Positions 1-9,000 of a DNA stretch of 32,000 bases are shown piece after piece (the first letter of the stretch is position 1; each line of letters opens with the position of its first letter). The notes under the pieces were generated by a model that saw only the letters and a list, made by a program, of their open reading frames with translations, made no database searches and was not told the DNA's origin. Origin of the DNA: Erysipelotrichaceae bacterium MTC7 (GTDB lineage: Bacteria; Bacillota_I; Bacilli_A; Erysipelotrichales; Erysipelotrichaceae); the NCBI GenBank assembly GCA_001695645.1, contig LVZN01000001.1, positions 240,001 through 272,000 on the forward strand, read 5' to 3'. Both the position numbers and the translations under genes were made by a program.

Positions 1-409
1 TTAAGTGTAAGCTTTCTACTTTAGACATATCACTGTTTAAAATATTTAACATACTACGAACAGGAGCAAGACCCGTACCACCCGTAATAATAACTAGGTT
101 TTTTCCAGTAAATGTTTCAATTGGCCATCCTTTTCCGTAAGGACCACGTAAGAAGATTGTTTCTCCTGGTTGCATGTTGAAGAATTCATCCGTTAATTTT
201 CCAACACTACGAATGGTAAATTCAAGATATCCATCCCCTTGTGCACTTACTGAAATTGGAGCTTCTCCAACTTTAGGAATAGAAAGTTGCATAAATTGAC
301 CATGTTTAGGATGTACATCTGAAGCAACACGGAATGTCCATTCATGTGCGCTTTCTTTATCAATGCTTAGTATTTCACAAGCTTTTGGTGACAATATATT
401 GTAAGCCAT
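1..409 (-). CDS. asrB: anaerobic sulfite reductase subunit B (FAD/NAD-binding flavoprotein); 3' end cut by the window edge
   Basis: ATG at 409..407 lies one nt after the asrA stop. My translation is MAYNILSPKACEILSIDKESAHEWTFRV...EFTIRSVG...LVIITGGTGLAPVRSM. It has the ferredoxin-reductase-type RxxS FAD motif and the GGTGxAP NAD motif, in the position expected for asrB downstream of asrA. Confidence 0.7.
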   Translation of the reverse strand, partial: MAYNILSPKACEILSIDKESAHEWTFRVASDVHPKHGQFMQLSIPKVGEAPISVSAQGDGYLEFTIRSVGKLTDEFFNMQPGETIFLRGPYGKGWPIETFTGKNLVIITGGTGLAPVRSMLNILNSDMSKVESLHL

Positions 410-410
410 G

Positions 411-1442
411 TTATTCTCCCTTCGCCTTAATATCTTCGATAGCTGTTGCCATCTTATTTACAGTTGAAGTAATTTCAATGTATGCAGGACAACGGTCTGA
501 ACAACGACCACAACCTACACACATGTGACCTTCGTGGAAACGTGCATCATAATCGTGGAATTTGTGAAGAACACGGTAACGAATACGATCTCCGGCAGTT
601 GATCTGAATTCTTTTTGCATTGCCATTTGGTCGAAACCTGGAACTTGGCAAGATGCACTTACACGACGTCTTTCTCCAGCTTTATCGTTTTCTGTGTACA
701 CAACATCTCTCGTTGTAAAACATGTACAAGTAGAACATCCAATTGTACAAGCTCCACATGAAATACAACGTGAGTTAAATTGTTTCCACACATCGTGTTT
801 CTTTAATTCATTTTGTACTTCTTTACTTGGAATCGTTGGTACCGTAAGAGTAAGTTCATTTGATTCTGGGAATGAAACTTTATAGTCTGTTGTTGGTGCT
901 CCATGAAAGTAAGGTTCAAAACTATTGTCTTTCACCTCAATTTTTAAACCATCAGCAGTTTCTTTAATCGCAAAGACATAGTTGTCGGTTTTGTTTGTTT
1001 TCATACTTACACAGAAACATGAATCGCTATCTTGAGGACATTCCATCAAGGCATATGAAATCACATCTTCCAAACGTTTGTAGTATGGATCAACAAATCC
1101 ACCTTTTCCATCGTAAATTCTTGCTTGAATTTTTTGGGCATTGATATCACAAGGGCGACCAAAACAAAGAATTTTCTTTTTTGGTCCACTACTTTCACGG
1201 AATTCTTCTTCCGTATAATAGAATAGCGTTTGTTGAATTGGGTTGATGACTTCCTTCATTGGGAATGTTGATTTTTTATCAAACACAATTTCATCAAACG
1301 AATGGACTTCTCCGTATTGAATTAAATCAGTATCAGAGAATCTTCCTGCTTTTTCGATTCGTTTGGGCGCGTAAATCGTATAAGTCTTTTGAAGCTCACT
1401 GAAAATAGCTTCGCTTGCTTCATGGTTTAAGATATAGCTCAT
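411..1442 (-). CDS. asrA: anaerobic sulfite reductase subunit A (iron-sulfur protein)
   Basis: 343-aa ORF with two ferredoxin-type cysteine clusters, CISCGACTIGCSTCTC and CVGCGRCSDRCP. Size and layout match AsrA, and it is tightly coupled to the downstream flavoprotein gene. Confidence 0.75.
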   Translation of the reverse strand: MSYILNHEASEAIFSELQKTYTIYAPKRIEKAGRFSDTDLIQYGEVHSFDEIVFDKKSTFPMKEVINPIQQTLFYYTEEEFRESSGPKKKILCFGRPCDINAQKIQARIYDGKGGFVDPYYKRLEDVISYALMECPQDSDSCFCVSMKTNKTDNYVFAIKETADGLKIEVKDNSFEPYFHGAPTTDYKVSFPESNELTLTVPTIPSKEVQNELKKHDVWKQFNSRCISCGACTIGCSTCTCFTTRDVVYTENDKAGERRRVSASCQVPGFDQMAMQKEFRSTAGDRIRYRVLHKFHDYDARFHEGHMCVGCGRCSDRCPAYIEITSTVNKMATAIEDIKAKGE

Positions 1443-1586
1443 CTGTACTCCTCCGTTTATTACATAACTGGTGACAATCTCAGTTTTACTTATTTTAGCA
1501 CCAGACCTACATAATGAAAAATTAGAGTTTCTTAGTATGTTATAAATATTATTAATGGTAGAATGGTGCTAAAGGAAGTGATATTT

Positions 1587-2504
1587 ATGTTAGATTATAA
1601 AATTAAAACATTCTTAACGGTGTGCGAGTATTTAAACTATACAAATGCAGCAAAAGCGCTTAATTTAACGCAACCTGCAATCACCCAACAAATCAAGTCA
1701 TTAGAAGAGTATTACCAAGTTAAATTGTTTAGTTACCACAACCGCAATTTGACACTTACAACCCAAGGTGAAGTCTTGCGTACGGCAATGACAACGATGC
1801 TACACGATGTGGAAATTTTACAAAAGCAGTTACATACTTTAAAAAACAAGACCAATGAGTTAAACTTCGCCTCAACCCACTCCATTGGTGAAATGTATTT
1901 ACCAAATGCCCTAATTCCTTATTTAAAAAGTCATCATGATACCGTGATGAACTACAGCGTGGATAACACAAGCGTTATCTTAGAAAAGCTACAACAAGGA
2001 CAAATCGACTTTGCCTTTGTGGAAGGAACTTTTGAAAAGAAAGAATTCGATTATATTCCTTTTTCAAAACAACGTTTTATTGCGGTTTGCAACAGCAAAC
2101 GAGACATTCCGCCGATTGAAGATATTCGTGAGTTGTTTAGCCATCCCATCATACTACGTGAAGCGGGATCTGGAGGCCGTAATTTAGTTGAAGAATTCTT
2201 GAAGGACAATGGTTTTCGCATCGAAGATTTCCTAACATTCTCAACCCTGAACTCGGTGAGTGCAATCTTACATTTGCTCGAGGAAGATTTATGAATTGCT
2301 TTCGTTTATGAGCTCCTTGTTGAAGAAGACTTGAAACGAGGCATTCTAAAAGAAATTGAAATCCCTGGATTCCACATTGAACATGAGTTTAGTTTTATCT
2401 GGCGTAAAGACTCCTTATATAAAGACGATTACCTTACTTTTTTACATGAAATCGAGCCTTCTTTACTTAAACAAAAGCGGTTACGTTCCAACGAAGAGTT
2501 TTAA
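1587..2504 (+). pseudogene. LysR-family transcriptional regulator interrupted by a single in-frame TGA (2292..2294)
   Basis: RBS AAGGAAG lies 8 nt before the ATG at 1587. The N-terminal HTH reads YTNAAKALNLTQPAITQQIKSLEEYY. Translation stops at the TGA at 2292, then continues in the SAME frame as IAFVYELLVEEDLKRGILKEIEIPGFHIEHEFSFIWRK... to the TAA at 2502..2504. That continuation is the normal C-terminal part of a LysR effector domain. Confidence 0.8.
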
Positions 2505-2570
2505 TCAACAATATGTTCTTAATCGCTTACATAACTCTTATGTAAAATAATGATTATTTTATTAAAATAT

Positions 2571-2600
2571 TTGACATAATCAAATCCTTTCCTATATAAT
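2571..2600 (+). promoter_or_regulatory. sigma-A type promoter for the MarR gene
   Basis: TTGACA at 2571..2576 and TATAAT at 2595..2600 (18-nt spacer). Alternatively TATATA at 2593..2598 with a 16-nt spacer. Confidence 0.55.
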
Positions 2601-2672
2601 CGTTATGTATATATTATAAATAACAAAAATATACACACGTAATTAACGTTCGTAGTAGGAGGGAACACAAGG

Positions 2673-3134
2673 ATGGAATGGGAATTAATTAGAGAAAGTG
2701 AAAAACTAAAAGCTGATATTCAAACGGCAGGTTTATCATTGATGCAACCATTTTATGAAAAGTACGGAATGAACTTCTTAAAGATTTCCGTGATCACAGA
2801 AGCAGAAATGAATGAAAACTTAACGCTTAATGTATTGGCCCAAAATGTAAACAAGGCGGCAGCAAACATGTCGGTTATTGTGACAAACTTAGTTAAAGAA
2901 GGATACCTAAAAAAAGTTACATCAACGTATGATCGTCGTGTAACCTACATTCAAATTACTGATAAGGGTAGAGAAATTCTACAAAAATCTCGTTACTTTA
3001 TTATCAAACGTTACGAAAGCGTAATGTCTGATGGTCAAGAAATTAAGGATTTGATTGATGCAGCAGGTACATACCTAAACAAACTTTTGGAAGCAAATCG
3101 TAAAATCGTTACTTCAGAAAGTTTCGAATTATAA
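2673..3134 (+). CDS. MarR-family transcriptional regulator
   Basis: 153-aa ORF with RBS GGAGGGA upstream. The winged-HTH region reads LTLNVLAQNVNKAAANMSVIVTNLVKEGYLKKVTSTYDRRVTYIQITDKGREIL. Confidence 0.8.
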   Translation: MEWELIRESEKLKADIQTAGLSLMQPFYEKYGMNFLKISVITEAEMNENLTLNVLAQNVNKAAANMSVIVTNLVKEGYLKKVTSTYDRRVTYIQITDKGREILQKSRYFIIKRYESVMSDGQEIKDLIDAAGTYLNKLLEANRKIVTSESFEL

Positions 3135-3162
3135 AAAAATCACGTTAATCGTGATTTTTTTT
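3133..3162. terminator. bidirectional rho-independent terminator between convergent genes
   Basis: AAAAAAATCACG-ttaat-CGTGATTTTTTTT. The 6-bp core stem is extended by pairing between the A-run and the T-run. The ATPase stop codon (3145..3147) sits in the loop. Confidence 0.7.
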
Positions 3163-5433
3163 ATACTGTATCCATTGGTAAAGTCCATAGAGAATTCCAC
3201 TACCTACTGCTAAGCTCAGTGTCAAGATGATCATATCATGGTTGAATGGCGGCACTTTTAATAAACTATGGAATAAGAGAACTGCCACATAGAAACCGAT
3301 TGCCACAAACCAAAATAGAAATAAACGAAGTTTGTTGAACGGTAAACATGCCTTTAAGACCCCTAAAATACTGATTGCCCCAACTAACAGATACATAATT
3401 GCATTTGCTTGACTATCACTAAAGTGATACACATCTTTTACGCACATCACAATGACAATGTTAAGAATGATGAGAATCGCATTTGGCAATGCTTGCAGCA
3501 ATGAAGTACGCAAGTAGGTACCTGTAACTTGTTGATTGTTTTCTTCAAATGAGATAAAGAATGAAGGAAATCCTTCAATTGCTAAATCGATAAGTGTAAT
3601 TTGAATTGGGATAAACGGGAAAGGTACATTGAGTACAATACACACCAAACTCAAGAGTAAAGAATAGATGGTTTTGATAAAGAAGATACCCGATACTTTT
3701 GTCACGTTGTTGATGATTCTTCTACCTTCCGAAAGTACTTTCGTTAAGTTGGAAAAGTCATTATCCAACAAAACCAATTGACTGACTTGCTTAGCCGCTG
3801 CATTTCCATTTGCCATTGCGATGGAACAATTTGCTTCTTTTAATGCAAGAACATCATTCACCCCATCACCACTCATGGCAACAGTATGACCCATTTGTTG
3901 CAATTCATTAACCAGGCATTGTTTTTGCTCTGGTGAAACTCGACCAAACACTTTTTTTGTATGCGCAAGTTTGCGAACATCAGCTTCATTTTCCACTTGG
4001 CTTAAGTCCACATACGCTTCCCAACCTTCAAGTCCAGCGCGTCTTGCAACATTTGCAACCGTTAAGGGATGATCTCCACTAATAACTTTAACTTCAACAC
4101 CTTCACGTTTAAAGAAATCAAACGTTGCCTTGGCATTTTCACGAATTGGATCATCCAGACAAATCAGTCCAAGTGGTGTATCATCAAGCGATACCATAAG
4201 GACGCGATATCCTTCTTCTTGCGCTTGTTTAATTTCTACAGGAATGTCTTTTGGATCACACATTTTTTCAGGTGCTCCAACTTTCACAACCCCAAGATTT
4301 TTAAAATCAATACTTCCCCATTTTCTCTCACTCGAGAATGGGATTTTTTGTCCTGCTTCAAATTCACTTTCTTTTCTTTGAAAGAAATATTCATGCATCG
4401 CTTGAAACGTTGCATTGTTATCTTGGGTATTTTCAATGTAATTGGCCATGATGTTGTCCATGTTTTTTCCATGGAAACCCTCTGCTTTGACAACACGCAT
4501 ATTTCCTTCGGTAATCGTTCCGGTTTTATCCAAACATAACATGTCCACATGGGCAAAAATTTCCATACAATGCATATCTTGTACCAACACATTGCGTTTG
4601 CTTAAGTTGATAACACCCGTTGCACTCCCAATACCAATGAGTAACACCAACCCTTTTGGTAACATTCCTAATAGTGCAGCTGCACTTGCAACAATGGAAA
4701 TAAACATGGTATTTTCACGCACGACAAATGCTTGATAAAATAAAATCAATCCCAATGGAATAATGATAAAACTCGTAAATTTAGAAACCGTACGGATGGC
4801 TTGAATCAATTCCGAATGGTTCTTTTTGTATTCTTTTACTTCGCTTACAATTTTATTGGCAAAAGCATCATCACCAACGCGAATGACTTGTGCTTGAGCG
4901 CGACCACCAACAATAAAACTTCCAGAGAAGAGTTCATCTCCGATTTCTTTGACAATCGTGTCACTTTCTCCAGTTAATAGAGATTCGTTAACCTCTACAC
5001 TTTCATTTACGACAATTGCATCCGCAGGAATTTGATCCCCCATCTCTAAATAAAGGATGTCATCCATTACGATATCTTCAAGGTTCACTTTATCGATGTT
5101 TCCTTCACGTACAACACCTGCTTTATCTGCAGAAATAAGGGTTAACTTTTCCACTAGATTCTTTGCGTGAATTTCTTGATAAATTCCAATGACGATGTTC
5201 GTCAAAATAATGAGTAAATAAAACATGTTGGAAATTGCCCCAACACTCAACAAAGCAACTCCAATTGCAAAGTTTAGAAAGTTAAAAAGCGTACAAACAT
5301 TATCATAAACGATTTGTCCATTTGTTTTTGTTACTTTCTTTGGTGGGTTATTTGATAACCCTTTTTCTTTTCTCGTTGTTACTTCTTTATATGATAAACC
5401 TTGTTTAAAATTGATTTCTTTTTCTAGTTTCAT
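3145..5433 (-). CDS. cation-translocating P-type ATPase (HAD-IC superfamily), substrate unknown
   Basis: 762-aa ORF with the phosphorylation motif CLDKTGTITEG, the hinge motif SGDGVNDVLALKEA, the TGES actuator motif (LLTGESD) and multiple TM segments. The TM4 motif reads LPKGL rather than PEGL. Confidence 0.85.
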   Translation of the reverse strand: MKLEKEINFKQGLSYKEVTTRKEKGLSNNPPKKVTKTNGQIVYDNVCTLFNFLNFAIGVALLSVGAISNMFYLLIILTNIVIGIYQEIHAKNLVEKLTLISADKAGVVREGNIDKVNLEDIVMDDILYLEMGDQIPADAIVVNESVEVNESLLTGESDTIVKEIGDELFSGSFIVGGRAQAQVIRVGDDAFANKIVSEVKEYKKNHSELIQAIRTVSKFTSFIIIPLGLILFYQAFVVRENTMFISIVASAAALLGMLPKGLVLLIGIGSATGVINLSKRNVLVQDMHCMEIFAHVDMLCLDKTGTITEGNMRVVKAEGFHGKNMDNIMANYIENTQDNNATFQAMHEYFFQRKESEFEAGQKIPFSSERKWGSIDFKNLGVVKVGAPEKMCDPKDIPVEIKQAQEEGYRVLMVSLDDTPLGLICLDDPIRENAKATFDFFKREGVEVKVISGDHPLTVANVARRAGLEGWEAYVDLSQVENEADVRKLAHTKKVFGRVSPEQKQCLVNELQQMGHTVAMSGDGVNDVLALKEANCSIAMANGNAAAKQVSQLVLLDNDFSNLTKVLSEGRRIINNVTKVSGIFFIKTIYSLLLSLVCIVLNVPFPFIPIQITLIDLAIEGFPSFFISFEENNQQVTGTYLRTSLLQALPNAILIILNIVIVMCVKDVYHFSDSQANAIMYLLVGAISILGVLKACLPFNKLRLFLFWFVAIGFYVAVLLFHSLLKVPPFNHDMIILTLSLAVGSGILYGLYQWIQYKKNHD

Positions 5434-5491
5434 ATGGCCACCTTTAACCTCATTATTCTACCATAACCACCATTACTTTTCATCATGAAAC

Positions 5492-5511
5492 AAAAAAAGG
5501 GATTTCTCCCT
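5492..5511 (-). terminator. putative rho-independent terminator after the HAD gene
   Basis: Minus strand reads AGGGA-gaaa-TCCCT followed by T7. The stem is short (5 bp) and overlaps the TAG stop. Confidence 0.45.
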
Positions 5512-6349
5512 AATTTAAATATTTTGCTAATGCGTGTGCAATTCCATCTTCATCATTGCTTAGTGTTACAAAATCAGCTGCAGCAAGTACATCTGGTGCA
5601 CCATTTGCCATCGCTACTCCAGTTCCAGCTAGTTGAATCATCGTTAAATCGTTCATCGCATCACCAAAGGCAATCACTTCACTTGGATCGATATCCGTCA
5701 ATTTACAAATCTTTTCAAGTGCTTTTGCTTTATCAACACCCTTTGGTGTGTATTCATAATAGAAAGATGCTGTAAACATACAGTTCAACTCATCTTTAAA
5801 TGGTTCTTGCATCGCTTCGTATACTTCTTGTAAATAGTCAGGTTCTCCAGCAGTTAAAATTTTATTTGGTTCAAAATCAACAAATGCTGCCAAGTCACGC
5901 TCTTCACGAATTAAGAAATTACCACCACGTATTTCATACTTCATAACATCCAGTAATTTCCCATCCACATGCAGTGCTGGTGCATATGCATCAAGAACGT
6001 GCATGTATCCATGACGATCTACCATTGGATATACATCAAACTGTTTCAAATGTTCTAACACACGTTTTGCTTGATCAACACTTAACGCCTGATTGTAAAG
6101 AACTTCTTGTGTTGCACAATCAAAGACCTTACTTCCATTGTATGAAACTAACATACCTAGATGGTCCTTCAAGCCCAATTCTTTTGCCAATGCACGAATT
6201 CCACTTGTTGGCCTACCTGAGGCAATAACTAGACGAATTCCTGCGTCTTGCGCTTTCAATAGTGCTTCTTTGGTTTTTGGTGTAATCACCTTATCTGAGT
6301 TGACCATTGTTCCATCAACATCCATAATAATCATTTTAATTTTGCTCAT
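5510..6349 (-). CDS. Cof-type HAD-IIB family phosphatase
   Basis: Start was moved to the ATG at 6349, with GGAGG 5 nt upstream. Motif I is MDVDGTM and motif IV is GDAMNDLTM. Length is typical of Cof/YidA-like sugar phosphatases. Confidence 0.8.
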   Translation of the reverse strand: MSKIKMIIMDVDGTMVNSDKVITPKTKEALLKAQDAGIRLVIASGRPTSGIRALAKELGLKDHLGMLVSYNGSKVFDCATQEVLYNQALSVDQAKRVLEHLKQFDVYPMVDRHGYMHVLDAYAPALHVDGKLLDVMKYEIRGGNFLIREERDLAAFVDFEPNKILTAGEPDYLQEVYEAMQEPFKDELNCMFTASFYYEYTPKGVDKAKALEKICKLTDIDPSEVIAFGDAMNDLTMIQLAGTGVAMANGAPDVLAAADFVTLSNDEDGIAHALAKYLN

Positions 6350-6421
6350 ACAAACCTCCACATCATGATTATAAACTCTATAGTTATCATAGAGTCAACT
6401 ACTAAATAAAAATCTTCACCA

Positions 6422-6772
6422 TCAATTAGTGAAGATCTCAAAGCTTCGTTTATAGCATAATGCTACAATCAAAGCACTTAATAATGCGATTAAATTCCCT
6501 AATGGTAATTCTGTTACTACTTGAATATCATCACGAACAAAAAACATACAAATAGCTCCGGCGAAAGCTACTACGTGATAATAATCAACCTTGCTTACAT
6601 TACAGTACCATTTTACACCCAGTACCATAATCAACCAAAGCAGTCCAAATACACACAAGTGCGTATATGCATTACTCAAATCTGTACATAAAAGTAAACA
6701 CACATTCAAACCCATAGAAACTAGAAAACCCACAAGAAATACTCGCAAAAACTGAATAAATCTTTGATTCAT
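6422..6772 (-). CDS. small hypothetical membrane protein (about 116 aa, 3-4 TM segments)
   Basis: ORF with RBS GGGAGA before the ATG at 6772. Sequence is hydrophobic throughout and I recognise no family. It ends in TGA. The 8-bp hairpin ATCTTCAC/GTGAAGAT overlaps the stop codon. Confidence 0.5.
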   Translation of the reverse strand: MNQRFIQFLRVFLVGFLVSMGLNVCLLLCTDLSNAYTHLCVFGLLWLIMVLGVKWYCNVSKVDYYHVVAFAGAICMFFVRDDIQVVTELPLGNLIALLSALIVALCYKRSFEIFTN

Positions 6773-6850
6773 AATTTCTCCCAAATGTTCTTAGGCAGTA
6801 TACCAAAAAATAATATACCATGCAACCTTTCAAACAACGTACGCGATGTT

Positions 6851-8065
6851 TTACTGCTTTGAAACCGCTTTAATAAGCGCTTTTGGCTGGATTATGCCCT
6901 GTAGTACGCTACCATCTTCACATGATTTGGTTTGTGTAGTTGCACATACCAAATTAAGAAAATCTTGATACGTTAACGTTGGTTTTACTTGCAAACATAA
7001 CGCGTACATTCCCGCTAACCAAGGAACGACCCAACTTAATCCTCCCTGACTTGCAAATGTATAATCTTGTGTTCCTGTAAATGAAGCATACGTGCGCATA
7101 TCCATAGGAACCCAGATGTTATTCATCTCATCTTCAACAAAGTTTACATTCTTTAGAAACATACCTTTATCATAAGCATCTATATGTTCTGGATTTGCAT
7201 CTGCGTTTCTGCCTAACCCCAAAACATTCACCTGATAGTTTTCATTTGTTGATGTCGTAATAACAAAAATTCCTTTCTTTTTTGCACGTTCAATTGCTTC
7301 ATAGACTTCGCGACTTCCTTTTTCTTCTTGTTCACCTAAAGTGAAACCACGTGAAATTGAAATTATTTTAATTTTCTCTTGTGCATCTAAAGCTTCATTT
7401 ATTTCAAGAACACGGTCAATCGCATTTGCCATGTATGTCAAATTTGTTTGAAAGTTTTGATTCTCATCCACATCATAAAAACTGGACGCAATATAATACA
7501 CCTTTGCACCTGGAGCAACGCCAGTACTTTGACCAACCGCAAGACTTGTTACCGCAGGACCATGCATAGACACATATTGATCATATGAATGAATTTCTTC
7601 ATACCAAACAAGTTTGTCACGAAACTCTTCATGATTAGGATTTAATCCTTGATCAACAATTGCAATATTGACACCTTTGCCTGTGATTCCTTGTTTATGT
7701 AAATCGCGAATTCCCAAACCCGGATTTTTACCCATATCCATAACTTGTGCGGGTTGATATTCCACTAGAAGTTCTTTGGACCATTTTGTTGCACTATCAA
7801 ACACCACATATTGAAGTTCTTCCGTCGAAAAGGTACGCTCACGGATATCTGTAAAGCGAATATCCAATTCACCATTATCTTGCATTTGTACTTCATCCAA
7901 CGTGCGTAACTTTATATCTCTATATGGCAACTCCTTTGCAATTTCTATTTCTTTGTTTCTTGCATGATCTAGGTTCCCGTAGTTCGTACTTGCTTCAATG
8001 GTTTTACGGGATGCAGTACAACCAAACAAACTAAATGCTAGAATCAAACAAACCAATCGTTTCAT
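6851..8065 (-). CDS. S8 (subtilisin-like) serine peptidase lipoprotein
   Basis: Start at 8065 with RBS AGGGAG. The lipoprotein signal is MKRLVCLILAFSLFGC. Candidate triad motifs are GVNIAIVDQG (Asp), HGPAVTSLAVG (His) and GGLSWVVPWLAG (Ser). Confidence 0.65.
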   Translation of the reverse strand: MKRLVCLILAFSLFGCTASRKTIEASTNYGNLDHARNKEIEIAKELPYRDIKLRTLDEVQMQDNGELDIRFTDIRERTFSTEELQYVVFDSATKWSKELLVEYQPAQVMDMGKNPGLGIRDLHKQGITGKGVNIAIVDQGLNPNHEEFRDKLVWYEEIHSYDQYVSMHGPAVTSLAVGQSTGVAPGAKVYYIASSFYDVDENQNFQTNLTYMANAIDRVLEINEALDAQEKIKIISISRGFTLGEQEEKGSREVYEAIERAKKKGIFVITTSTNENYQVNVLGLGRNADANPEHIDAYDKGMFLKNVNFVEDEMNNIWVPMDMRTYASFTGTQDYTFASQGGLSWVVPWLAGMYALCLQVKPTLTYQDFLNLVCATTQTKSCEDGSVLQGIIQPKALIKAVSKQ

Positions 8066-8130
8066 ACACATCTCCCTTTACGTTGTTATCTATCTAAAGT
8101 ATAACATGAAAAATAGAGGCTATTACACCT

Positions 8131-8487
8131 CTACTTTGCTTTCTCTTGAATTTGAATCGTTACACCATTAGGATCACTTACATGAAAGAAATTCACACCA
8201 GGTGCTGGCGAAATCAATTCGCCGGTTTCAACACCTTTATGCTCCAATTCTTTTTTCTTTGCATGCATATCGTCCACTTGCAAAATAAAACCAACATTAT
8301 TTCCTTTAGTTATTTGACTGTCTGACTTAATAAGTTCAACACAGATTCCATCTTCATCTTTTAAGAAGACTAAATGCAAATTTTCTTGTGTTACTTCGCG
8401 TGCAACCTGCAGACCTAACACATCAACATAAAATTGGAAAGATGTCTCCATTTCATCAACTAAAATTGTATTCCAAGCAATTTTCAT
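8131..8487 (-). CDS. VOC/glyoxalase-bleomycin resistance family protein
   Basis: 118-aa ORF with a single paired beta-alpha-beta-beta-beta module pattern (FYVDVLGLQV...VELI...GV). Size is typical of the family. Confidence 0.6.
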   Translation of the reverse strand: MKIAWNTILVDEMETSFQFYVDVLGLQVAREVTQENLHLVFLKDEDGICVELIKSDSQITKGNNVGFILQVDDMHAKKKELEHKGVETGELISPAPGVNFFHVSDPNGVTIQIQEKAK

Positions 8488-8640
8488 ACGTCTATACCTC
8501 CATCGATTTCATTATATTGATTGTATCACACACGATATATATTTCGTTTTTTATGCTCGTATTGCTCGTGAGTCAAAATTGTCGCCTAGATATTTATATG
8601 ATAAAATAATTACAAAGATAGAGTGATAAAGGGGACGTTT

Positions 8641-8970
8641 ATGCAAAATTTACGAGAGTGGAGCACATTACTTTTACGTAGTATGGTGATTGGTTTTATC
8701 ACCGGTGTTTGTTTATGCCTCTTTCGATTTACAAACAACGTTACCATACCGTCATTTCTAGTTTCATTTCTTGTTTTCTTGTGCCTATCCATATACTATG
8801 TAAAAAATACATATAAAAAGAAACTTATCATATTTTGGATTTCTTTATTTTACATGTGTATCTTTTTCATTGCCGCTGGTGGCATAATCTTGCAAGGTCT
8901 TGCCTTATGCTGCATGCTTACGATTCTCATACTCTATCACAGTCAAATCAAACCACTGTTCGTCCATTAA
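8641..8970 (+). CDS. small hypothetical membrane protein
   Basis: ATG at 8641 is preceded by AAGGGGA. The 109-aa product is very hydrophobic and I recognise no family. Confidence 0.4.
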   Translation: MQNLREWSTLLLRSMVIGFITGVCLCLFRFTNNVTIPSFLVSFLVFLCLSIYYVKNTYKKKLIIFWISLFYMCIFFIAAGGIILQGLALCCMLTILILYHSQIKPLFVH

Positions 8971-9000
8971 AAACACGTCCAACTACGGACGTGTTTTTTT
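8969..9000. terminator. bidirectional rho-independent terminator
   Basis: AAAAACACGTCC-aactac-GGACGTGTTTTTTT: an 8-bp perfect stem flanked by an A-run and a T-run, between convergent genes. Confidence 0.75.

Noticed and set aside
2292-2294. Possibility that TGA is a sense codon (genetic code 4 or 25) or selenocysteine
   Set aside because: All other genes, including two ORFs of more than 1700 codons, are uninterrupted under the standard code. TGA terminates the ORF at 6422. I saw no SECIS-like hairpin immediately downstream, and LysR proteins are not selenoproteins.
2356-2550. 64-aa ORF downstream of the LysR stop
   Set aside because: It is out of frame with the LysR continuation. The LysR frame itself remains open from 2295 to 2504 and encodes the expected C-terminus, so this ORF is spurious.
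4069-4735. Several 83-156-aa ORFs on both strands inside the P-type ATPase gene
   Set aside because: They overlap a 762-aa ORF that has all the P-type ATPase signature motifs. None has a start context or a recognisable fold pattern.
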